Of a DNA stretch of 64,000 nucleotides, positions 1 to 6,883 are shown piece after piece. The stretch lies in NCBI GenBank assembly GCA_949300385.1, contig CASGDZ010000001.1, forward strand, positions 157,461 through 221,460. The letters run 5' to 3'. The stretch's first letter is position 1, and the number at the start of each line of letters is the position of its first letter. The position numbers were made by a program, and so were the translations under genes. This DNA comes from an uncultured Christensenella sp. (GTDB taxonomy: Bacteria > Bacillota > Clostridia > Christensenellales > UBA1242). The notes below the pieces were generated by a model. The model searched no databases. It was given only the letters and a program-made list of their open reading frames with translations, and was not told the DNA's origin.

Positions 1-552
1 TATGGTTAATTTATCAAAATAATTATCAGGAGTAAAATTGTCTGTTAGTTTATCCATAATTGTTGTAGAATCTTCATCGTCATTGTATCGATCGTTTAAA
101 GATAGTGTTGAAGTGTTTGCATCTAAAATAAAAACAATTTCTTCTTTTGACATATTGTATGCTTCACACAATTGCTCCAAAGAAGGATTTTTACCATATT
201 TTAAATTGTATTCATAGATATAATTTTTTATTTGTATAGCATTGTGTCTTACGCTTCTTGAAACTTTTACTGTACCATCATCGCGCAAAAATCTTTTTAT
301 CTCACCCGCAATCATAGGAACGGCATAAGTAGTAAACTTAACATTAAAATTTGGATCATAATTTTTAATTGCTTTTACAAACCCTAACGCACCTAACTGA
401 TACAAATCATCATACTCTATACCTTTATTCAGATATCGCTTTACAACACTTTTTATGAGCGGAGAATTAAATGTTATAAGTTTTTCTTTTGCTAAATCAT
501 CACCATTTTTGGCTTGAGTCAGCAACTCATAGGTCTGTTCATTTGATAGCAT
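1..552 (-). CDS. sigF: Sporulation sigma factor SigF (SpoIIAC), N-terminal ~184 codons; the 3' end lies beyond the window start
   Basis: Own minus-strand translation from the ATG at 550-552: MLSNEQTYELLTQAKNGDDLAKEKL...KFTTYAVPMIAGEIKRFLRDDG (sigma-70 region 2). It is the third gene after spoIIAA-spoIIAB and starts 1 nt after the spoIIAB stop. Confidence 0.85.
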   Translation of the reverse strand, partial: MLSNEQTYELLTQAKNGDDLAKEKLITFNSPLIKSVVKRYLNKGIEYDDLYQLGALGFVKAIKNYDPNFNVKFTTYAVPMIAGEIKRFLRDDGTVKVSRSVRHNAIQIKNYIYEYNLKYGKNPSLEQLCEAYNMSKEEIVFILDANTSTLSLNDRYNDDEDSTTIMDKLTDNFTPDNYFDKLTI

Positions 553-553
553 A

Positions 554-982
554 TTACATCCCCACTACTGATTTATCTATCTCTTTCTCCATATTAACCA
601 TAAGGCCATTATGGTTTTTAACCTCCAATTTGTCCATAAAACTTTCCATGACGGTAAATCCCATTCCGCTTCTTTCTTCATCTGGTTTGCTTGTATAAAA
701 AGGAGTTAGCGCGCGCTCAATATCTTGAATACCCACTCCATTATCGCTTATCGAAATTTTTACCTTATTACCAATAGTAGATATCTTCATATATACATAT
801 CCGACTTTATCAGGATAAGCGTGAACTATAACATTTGTGATAGCTTCATTCACTGCAGTTTTAATATCGGACAATTCACTTAAACTTGGGTTAAGTGGCA
901 AAATAAAACTTGCAACTACATTTCTAGCAAAAGCTTCATTTTCAGCTATAGCTTTAAATTTAATTTCCATATTATTATTCAT
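554..982 (-). CDS. spoIIAB: Anti-sigma F factor SpoIIAB (serine kinase, HATPase_c fold)
   Basis: 142 aa. Motifs NEAITNVIVHAY, ISDNGVGI and SGMGFTVM. AAGGAG SD 8 nt upstream. Sits between a STAS protein and the sigma factor. Confidence 0.9.
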   Translation of the reverse strand: MNNNMEIKFKAIAENEAFARNVVASFILPLNPSLSELSDIKTAVNEAITNVIVHAYPDKVGYVYMKISTIGNKVKISISDNGVGIQDIERALTPFYTSKPDEERSGMGFTVMESFMDKLEVKNHNGLMVNMEKEIDKSVVGM

Positions 983-994
983 TTATAAACTCCT

Positions 995-1306
995 TTAAAC
1001 TATTTTTGGCATTATTTCATATAAGCCAGACATTTTAAATATTCTTTCTGCATTCCTGCTAGGATTTGTTATAAATATAGGTTTGTTATATTCTCTCATT
1101 TTTTTATATCTTCCTATCAAGACCCCAACTCCAGTACTATCCATGAAAGTTAATTCGCTTAAATCCATAACAATTTGAACATATCCCTTTTCTGTGTCGA
1201 ACAAAGTATCCAAATTTTTTCTTACACTCTTTGCCGTATATTCATCTAACTCGCCTGATAAAAGGACATAAAGAGTTTTATTTACTATTCGCGATTTTAT
1301 CTGCAT
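995..1306 (-). CDS. spoIIAA: Anti-sigma F factor antagonist SpoIIAA (STAS domain)
   Basis: 103 aa. The FMDSTGVGVLIG motif carries the phosphorylatable Ser. First gene of the spoIIA operon. Confidence 0.9.
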   Translation of the reverse strand: MQIKSRIVNKTLYVLLSGELDEYTAKSVRKNLDTLFDTEKGYVQIVMDLSELTFMDSTGVGVLIGRYKKMREYNKPIFITNPSRNAERIFKMSGLYEIMPKIV

Positions 1307-1344
1307 AATTCACCCCTTGAAAACATTTTAAAATATTAATGAGT

Positions 1345-1385
1345 AAAAAAAATAACAACATTTGTTGAAATGTTGTTATTTTTTG
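1345..1385. terminator. Bidirectional intrinsic terminator
   Basis: Perfect 13-bp stem 1351-1363/1368-1380 (AATAACAACATTT / AAATGTTGTTATT) with a GTTG loop, flanked by an A-run and a T-run. Lies downstream of the minus-strand zinc-ribbon gene. Confidence 0.7.
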
Positions 1386-1584
1386 TATTAGTTTGTTGTT
1401 TTTATTATTTATTTTTTATCAATATAATTTATAAATTATGTATGCATACCTATATATTTTTCTATAATAATTTTAAATTTAATTTATAGACGTTTCAATA
1501 AATATTAAATTTGATATATACTTTTTATCGTATCGTTTCTTAATAAAAATATATTATAAGATTAATAATATTTTATACAAAATA

Positions 1585-2628
1585 TCAATTAAATTTACCC
1601 GAAAAATATAACGCTAAAATAATTGCTCCTACAACAAAAGCGCAAATGACAAAAATAGTCATAAACACTCTCAATGCACTTTTTGGCAATCTGCCAACCT
1701 TGCCCGTCTGGCCATTCATAACTGCTGTATATTTTCTATCTTTAACTATTTTATTAACAAAATATACTGGCAATAGACAATAATTATATTTTTTATCTAT
1801 ATAATTAGTATTAAGTGTCAAATGTACAATACTGTCACATTCATATTTCTTTAATAGTTCGTTTTTTATATCTTTTTCAATAATTCCTTCGGCTACCGCT
1901 ACGCAATCATTAAACATCTTATCTTGATATTCTAGCATATATCCATGCATAAAATCATCTTGAAAATCGACGGCTGAAGCGTATTGAAAAGGCATAATGC
2001 TATATAAATCTCTTTGCTCTAAATTAGAGTTGGCTTCTACTGTTAAATTTTTATAAACTTTATCGAATTCCCCGCATATATCCTTATATTTAGTAACAGC
2101 CTTAGATTCTCCATCCTTATTAGTAACCATTTTTGTATATTTTAGCACTCCGCTGTAACGCGTTGTTGTAACCATATCAAAAACGAAAGTGTTAACATAC
2201 GCTCCATTTATGTCTTTTTTCGTTATATTTTTAAATATCTTTTTGTTTGCATAAAATTTTTTATTCAAAGTGCTTTTAAACTTTTTTAATGCTTCTGCTT
2301 TACCAAAAGAAAAAGGAATTATCGAATCTATATACATAAGTTTTTTCTTTTTACTCTCTTCTATCGTGGTACTACCACAATATGGACAAGTCGTTTGAAT
2401 TTGGTATTTTGACAGCATTATATTAGCGCCACATGACTTGCATCTTATATTCTTTAATGAACTTGCTAGTTCATCTACTTTTAAATCTACATTTTCATCA
2501 AACGACTTTTTCTTAAAATTATAATTATATTTTATTGGGAAAATTGAACCACAACTTTCACATACATGGCCTTTATTCTTTGGACTAAAATATAATTTAC
2601 CACCACAATTCTTACAATCTTTAATCAT
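1585..2628 (-). CDS. Double zinc-ribbon protein with a C-terminal transmembrane anchor (uncharacterised family)
   Basis: Two CxxC...CxxC pairs (CKNCGG..CESCGS; CKSCGA..CPYCGS), a conserved-looking VMNGQTGKVGRLPKS near the C-terminus, then a hydrophobic helix FMTIFVICAFVVGAIILALYF. I prefer the ATG at 2626-2628 (MIKDCKNCGG) over the track's TTG at 2667 because a promoter lies between the two. Confidence 0.6.
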   Translation of the reverse strand: MIKDCKNCGGKLYFSPKNKGHVCESCGSIFPIKYNYNFKKKSFDENVDLKVDELASSLKNIRCKSCGANIMLSKYQIQTTCPYCGSTTIEESKKKKLMYIDSIIPFSFGKAEALKKFKSTLNKKFYANKKIFKNITKKDINGAYVNTFVFDMVTTTRYSGVLKYTKMVTNKDGESKAVTKYKDICGEFDKVYKNLTVEANSNLEQRDLYSIMPFQYASAVDFQDDFMHGYMLEYQDKMFNDCVAVAEGIIEKDIKNELLKKYECDSIVHLTLNTNYIDKKYNYCLLPVYFVNKIVKDRKYTAVMNGQTGKVGRLPKSALRVFMTIFVICAFVVGAIILALYFSGKFN

Positions 2629-2634
2629 AAAATC

Positions 2635-2663
2635 ATTATAACAAATAGGTAAATTTTTTTCAA
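2635..2663 (-). promoter_or_regulatory. Sigma-A type promoter abutting the zinc-ribbon gene ATG (leaderless candidate)
   Basis: Minus strand: TTGAAA (2658-2663), 17 nt, TGtTATAAT (-10 at 2635-2640), 6 nt, ATG. No SD. Confidence 0.55.
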
Positions 2664-2785
2664 ACAAAAATGATATTCTATTTTTAATAAGATAACTAAA
2701 ATTTTAAAATTATTTATATTATTTAATATAACTAAAATATAAATTATGTATTTAATTATTAAAAAATAAACTTAAAAATTTCAAC

Positions 2786-2808
2786 AAAAAACACCGCAAA
2801 CGCGGTGC
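2786..2808 (-). terminator. Intrinsic terminator of the tRNA operon
   Basis: Minus strand: GCACCGC-GTTT-GCGGTG followed by TTTTTT, immediately after tRNA-Thr. Confidence 0.7.
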
Positions 2809-2811
2809 TTA

Positions 2812-2886
2812 TGGAGCTAGTGAAGGGAATCGAACCCCCAACCTGCTGATTACAAGTCAGCTGCTCTACCGTTGAGCCACACTAGC
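2812..2886 (-). tRNA. tRNA-Thr (anticodon UGU), CCA encoded
   Basis: Minus-strand cloverleaf. Anticodon arm GCTGA-cTTGTaa-TCAGC. T-arm GGTTCGATTCC. Acceptor GCTAGTG/CACTAGC. Confidence 0.9.
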
Positions 2887-2910
2887 ATATTAAATTTTAT
2901 CCATAAAGGA

Positions 2911-2995
2911 TGGTGGGAAGAGGTGGATTCGAACCACCGAAGACGAAGTCGACGGATTTACAGTCCGTTGCATTTGGCCGCTCTGCAATCTTCCC
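2911..2995 (-). tRNA. tRNA-Tyr (anticodon GUA), long variable arm, CCA encoded
   Basis: 85 nt. Anticodon arm ACGGA-cTGTAaa-TCCGT. T-arm GGTTCGAATCC. Confidence 0.9.
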
Positions 2996-3071
2996 TGGTG
3001 CCTCGAACCGGAATCGAACCAGTGACACAAGGATTTTCAGTCCTTTGCTCTACCGACTGAGCTATCGAGGC
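2996..3071 (-). tRNA. tRNA-Phe (anticodon GAA), CCA encoded
   Basis: 76 nt. Anticodon arm AAGGA-cTGAAaa-TCCTT. T-arm GGTTCGATTCC. Confidence 0.9.
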
Positions 3072-3090
3072 AAGAGCGCAGAACTATAAA

Positions 3091-3167
3091 TGGCGACCCG
3101 TACGAGACTTGAACTCGTGACCTCCAGCGTGACAGGCTGGCGCTCTAACCAACTGAGCTAACGGGCC
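3091..3167 (-). tRNA. tRNA-Asp (anticodon GUC), CCA encoded
   Basis: 77 nt. Anticodon arm CCAGC-cTGTCac-GCTGG. T-arm GAGTTCAAGTCTC. Confidence 0.9.
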
Positions 3168-3186
3168 ATGTATTTAGCAATGCGCT

Positions 3187-3263
3187 TGGTGGGCCTTCAC
3201 GGACTTGAACCGCGGACCGACCGGTTATGAGCCGGTTGCTCTAACCAACTGAGCTAAAGGCCC
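3187..3263 (-). tRNA. tRNA with CAU anticodon; not an initiator; elongator Met or, more likely, the lysidine-modified Ile2 type
   Basis: 77 nt. Anticodon arm ACCGG-cTCATaa-CCGGT. G1-C72 pair and no GGG/CCC anticodon stem, so not an initiator. The 5' half GGGCCTTTAGCTCAGTTGGTTAGAGCA resembles Firmicute tRNA-Ile2 as I remember it. Confidence 0.8.
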
Positions 3264-3270
3264 TCGATAA

Positions 3271-3346
3271 TGGTCGGGGTGAAGGGACTCGAACCCCCGG
3301 CCCCATGATCCCAAATCACGTGCGCTACCAACTGCGCTACACCCCG
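3271..3346 (-). tRNA. tRNA-Pro (anticodon UGG), CCA encoded
   Basis: 76 nt. Acceptor CGGGGTG/CACCCCG. Anticodon arm CGTGA-tTTGGGa-TCATG. Confidence 0.9.
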
Positions 3347-3361
3347 ACGACTTACTTTTTA

Positions 3362-3390
3362 AGTTTACTATAAACTAAAACAAATGTCAA
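3362..3390 (-). promoter_or_regulatory. Sigma-A promoter of the six-tRNA operon
   Basis: Minus strand: TTGACA (3385-3390), 17 nt, TAAACT (3362-3367), about 15 nt upstream of tRNA-Pro. Confidence 0.55.
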
Positions 3391-3560
3391 TGAATTTTTA
3401 CAATATTTTTATAAAATTAAAAAAATTTTAAATTAATATTAATAATATATTTTATGAATACTAAATTTATTTGTGTATATTAAATATATTTATCATTATA
3501 ATTAGTCATTATGACACAAAAATCATGAAACTTTAAAAATAGTGAAAATGATTAAAAATA

Positions 3561-4391
3561 TTAAATCCATGTTGGTGTTATTTCAAAAGTCTTTGAGTTT
3601 AAATAACTTAAAATAGATTTTTTATTAAAATTAAATGACAAGAAATTCGCAGTTAAGTGCATTTGTTTTTCGTCATCTTTTCCATATTTTTGGTCTCCAA
3701 CTATTGGGTGACCATAGTATGCAATATGCGCGCGTATTTGGTGCGTTTTACCAGTAATTAACCGTGCAGTTAGCAATGTGTTTTCTTCCCTATACTCCAC
3801 TATGTCAAATTCGGTTGTGATAGGCTCATATCCGCTAGTTTTTAATTCACTTATCCAAACCTTACTGAGTTTATCAACTTTCTTTAGATAAACAGTTCGT
3901 TTAATTTTTGTAATGTCTACCCTACCATGGACAAGCAGAGCATATTCTTTATTTATGGATTTACGAGTTTTAAATGCTTCAATTAATACTTTTTCTGCCC
4001 TTTCGTTTAAAGCAAAAATTACCAATCCTTCTGTATTCCGATCTAATCTATGTACAGGCCGTATGTTGCAATATGTTTTTTTTAATATATTTAATAAATC
4101 GCGTTCAGACTCACTTATTACTTCAATACCTGCGCGTTTATTAACTATTAAGATATTTTCGTCTTGATAAACTAAACTATACCACTCTTGTTTTTCTTTT
4201 TCCTGATAAAAGATTGTAATTTTATCATTGCTATGAAGTTCACAATTTTCTTTTATTCTTACCCCATTTAGTTTTATATCTTTATTTTTTAATATAGTTT
4301 CAACATTATGACGAGAAAGAAAAGGCAATTCATTAATAACTGCCTTAATTAATTCAATGTTTTCAAATACAATAAATTCTCTTTTCTGCAT
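3561..4391 (-). CDS. RluA-family pseudouridine synthase with an N-terminal S4-like domain
   Basis: 276 aa. Catalytic motif HRLDRNTEGLVIFA and GKTHQIRAH. Start overlaps the stop of the upstream gene. Confidence 0.85.
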   Translation of the reverse strand: MQKREFIVFENIELIKAVINELPFLSRHNVETILKNKDIKLNGVRIKENCELHSNDKITIFYQEKEKQEWYSLVYQDENILIVNKRAGIEVISESERDLLNILKKTYCNIRPVHRLDRNTEGLVIFALNERAEKVLIEAFKTRKSINKEYALLVHGRVDITKIKRTVYLKKVDKLSKVWISELKTSGYEPITTEFDIVEYREENTLLTARLITGKTHQIRAHIAYYGHPIVGDQKYGKDDEKQMHLTANFLSFNFNKKSILSYLNSKTFEITPTWI

Positions 4392-5227
4392 TAGGATAAA
4401 TACTTATCTCTCATATATTTAGCGCCCAACTCCTGGGTATCACTCGCCTCACTGATAACCCATGGGTCAATATTCATTTCTTTTAAAATTTCAACAAAAT
4501 CGTCAAGGTTAGGTAATCCAACCCTACCATCTGGCATAGTTTCACCAAACTTAAGATGTTTAATTTCGCCCTTATCTCCATAATTTATGGTATAAGCATG
4601 AAAATGAATTTTATTAAATTTTTCTGGCAATTTGTCTTTAACTTTCTGTAATTTTTCTTTTAGTATCTCTTTTGAAGTGATCGAACCTAATTCGCGTGCA
4701 TGCAAATGTGCTATGTCAATACAAGGATAACAATATTTACACTTTTGACAAATCTCAATTATTTCATCAAGCGAACCTAAACTAACTGATTTCCCGCCGA
4801 TTTCAGGGTATAAGCGAACATCTCCCATATCTATTTCAGATGTAAATTCATTGACAGCATTGATTAGTTGTTCTATTGCCTTTCTTCTACCTTCTTTACT
4901 ATTTTCATGTCCGCCACCGGGATGAAAAATAATACGATTAACACCAATTGATTTTGCTAACTCAATACCTTCTTTCATATTGGCTTTGCTTCGTGCTACA
5001 ACCGCTTCATTTAAACTACCTAAATTTATGTAATATGGGGCATGAATTGATAATCCTATCCCTTTTTCACGCTCTAAATTATATATCTTTTTATTTTCCT
5101 CGTTTATTTTAAAACCATATGTACATTGAATTTCAAAGCCATTCAGCCCCATTCCCCTTAGCCAATCAAATATATTAGCAAACTTACCTTTATAATTTGT
5201 GGGTACTCCGGCAACTCCAAAAACCAT
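4391..5227 (-). CDS. AP endonuclease family 2 / endonuclease IV-like TIM-barrel protein
   Basis: 278 aa. IHAPYYINLG, IFHPGG, PEIGGKS, CIDIAHLHA and ISEAS align with the metal-ligand blocks of Nfo. AGGAGG SD. Confidence 0.6.
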   Translation of the reverse strand: MVFGVAGVPTNYKGKFANIFDWLRGMGLNGFEIQCTYGFKINEENKKIYNLEREKGIGLSIHAPYYINLGSLNEAVVARSKANMKEGIELAKSIGVNRIIFHPGGGHENSKEGRRKAIEQLINAVNEFTSEIDMGDVRLYPEIGGKSVSLGSLDEIIEICQKCKYCYPCIDIAHLHARELGSITSKEILKEKLQKVKDKLPEKFNKIHFHAYTINYGDKGEIKHLKFGETMPDGRVGLPNLDDFVEILKEMNIDPWVISEASDTQELGAKYMRDKYLS

Positions 5228-5235
5228 TTATCCTC

Positions 5236-6576
5236 CTAAACAAAGTTTTTAAAGAATTTTTCGCGTAAAAGCATGTATTTTGCGTTAGAAATTCTATAAC
5301 TATTATTGACTGCTGTATCAAACATTTTATTCAAATTCGATATGACATTTTCGTCTTCAATAATGAAGATATTCTGAACAGATGTGTTGATATATTCACG
5401 ATTAATAGTAAACGAACCACAAATCGTATATTGATTGTCAATTGTTATAGCGTTATATCGTATAAATCCATCATACAAATATACATTAGCACCATAGAGC
5501 GCTAATTCTTTTGCATATGCGCGTGATGCAAAATATTTGCTGTGTCTATTTGTCTTTAAAGGTACCATTAATCTAACTTCTATATTTGAATTAATTGCAA
5601 ACCTTAGTAAAGACATAATGCTCTCAGTAGGTATAAATTCCTCTAATTGTAATTGTATAGATTTTTTTGCAATACAAATTGATTTTATTATTAACAACTC
5701 AAGATCTCTTGAATATTCATTAGTTACATATTGAATTTTTGTCGATGTCTGATATGTGTCTCTAACTTTTTCTTTATAATCTATGAATTTTCCGCTAGCA
5801 AATATAATATCTTGATGTATTGCCACATCAATGTCTTGAACAACATCGCCTTTGAATTTCATAAATAAATTAGCCACATCTACTTTCCCATTCAATTGAT
5901 TTTTTTTCATATCTAAATCAGCGGAAAAACAAACTTTGCCGTCAACTGAAATTATGTTGCGAATGTTTTGGTACATCTTTGAGTATGTATTGTGCTTAGA
6001 AAATTTATATACTTTAATACCTGATTGCTTAAGTTGTTTTATTAATTTATGATTAATGTGAAAATCATACAAAAATTTAATCATCACCCCTGATTTTGAT
6101 TTAGACATTAATGCAGATTTAATGTTTTCAAATGCCTTTTTATTAACAGAAGTGAGTTCTATTAAAATAAATTTATTTGCTTGATTAATTTCCTTTATTA
6201 ATGCAGTCGAAAATTTAGAATAACTAGTATATAATTCAACTAAATTATGGTCGGTTAATCGAGCATTGTAGCCTAAATAATTAAAGTTATGTAATTCATT
6301 ATAATAATCTGATTCTACTTTTGATAATTTATCAATTATTAAATTTTGATAAATATTGTCTTCTTTTTGCTTAGTTATCAAAGATTTTTTATTTTTATTG
6401 TAAGCCAATCTAACAAAAATATAGACAACATATCCAATTATTGATGAAAATAAAAATATAATCGTCCATATGATCATGTTTCTAGGTTTGTCACGCTCAA
6501 AAATAATCATGATTGATTCCATGACTATGTATAAAATTATTGATAAAACTAATAAAATGATTTTGATGGCTAACAC
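5236..6576 (-). CDS. Cardiolipin synthase-like (PLD superfamily) membrane protein with degenerate HKD motifs
   Basis: 446 aa. Two N-terminal TM helices with a Cls-type ERDKPRNMIIW block and two PLD-like repeats. The HxKxxxxD positions read IRNIISVD and RYNAITID. GTG start. Confidence 0.6.
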   Translation of the reverse strand: MLAIKIILLVLSIILYIVMESIMIIFERDKPRNMIIWTIIFLFSSIIGYVVYIFVRLAYNKNKKSLITKQKEDNIYQNLIIDKLSKVESDYYNELHNFNYLGYNARLTDHNLVELYTSYSKFSTALIKEINQANKFILIELTSVNKKAFENIKSALMSKSKSGVMIKFLYDFHINHKLIKQLKQSGIKVYKFSKHNTYSKMYQNIRNIISVDGKVCFSADLDMKKNQLNGKVDVANLFMKFKGDVVQDIDVAIHQDIIFASGKFIDYKEKVRDTYQTSTKIQYVTNEYSRDLELLIIKSICIAKKSIQLQLEEFIPTESIMSLLRFAINSNIEVRLMVPLKTNRHSKYFASRAYAKELALYGANVYLYDGFIRYNAITIDNQYTICGSFTINREYINTSVQNIFIIEDENVISNLNKMFDTAVNNSYRISNAKYMLLREKFFKNFV

Positions 6577-6743
6577 AACAATATCTTAACAAATATTAAT
6601 AATTTTTGCAACTGTTTAGGAAAATATTGAGTAGTTTATTTATGCATTTGTAAACTTATCATAAATAAATTATAAAATTATAGAAATAAAATTAAATAGT
6701 TATAAATTCAAAAAATTAAATTTTAAAATTTATTATAAAACAA

Positions 6744-6772
6744 TTGAAAAATTTAATAAAACATGTTATTAT
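6744..6772 (+). promoter_or_regulatory. Sigma-A promoter of tRNA-Thr(CGU)
   Basis: TTGAAA (6744-6749), 17 nt, TATTAT (6767-6772), 8 nt before the tRNA 5' end. Confidence 0.5.
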
Positions 6773-6780
6773 GATTGCAT

Positions 6781-6856
6781 GCTTGTGTGGCTCAGTCGGT
6801 AGAGCAGTTGATTCGTAATCAACAGGTCGGCGGTTCGATCCCGCCCACAAGCTCCA
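6781..6856 (+). tRNA. tRNA-Thr (anticodon CGU), CCA encoded
   Basis: 76 nt. Anticodon arm GTTGA-tTCGTaa-TCAAC. T-arm GGTTCGATCCC. Confidence 0.9.
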
Positions 6857-6862
6857 TACCTT

Positions 6863-6883
6863 CCGCATTTTGCGGTTTTTTTT
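6863..6883 (+). terminator. Weak intrinsic terminator after tRNA-Thr
   Basis: CCGCA-TTT-TGCGG followed by T8. Overlaps the stop of the convergent acidic-protein gene. Confidence 0.45.

Noticed and set aside
489-698. 69-aa plus-strand ORF spanning the sigF/spoIIAB junction
   Set aside because: It is antisense to two well-supported genes, has no SD and has an implausible composition.
1307-1350. Sigma-H promoter for the spoIIA operon
   Set aside because: I could not find an RnAGGA...GAAT arrangement in the ~45 nt between the terminator and spoIIAA. The promoter is not identifiable by eye.
2872-3060. 62-aa plus-strand ORF
   Set aside because: It lies entirely across tRNA-Thr, tRNA-Tyr and tRNA-Phe on the opposite strand, where the GC-rich tRNA sequence lacks stop codons by chance.
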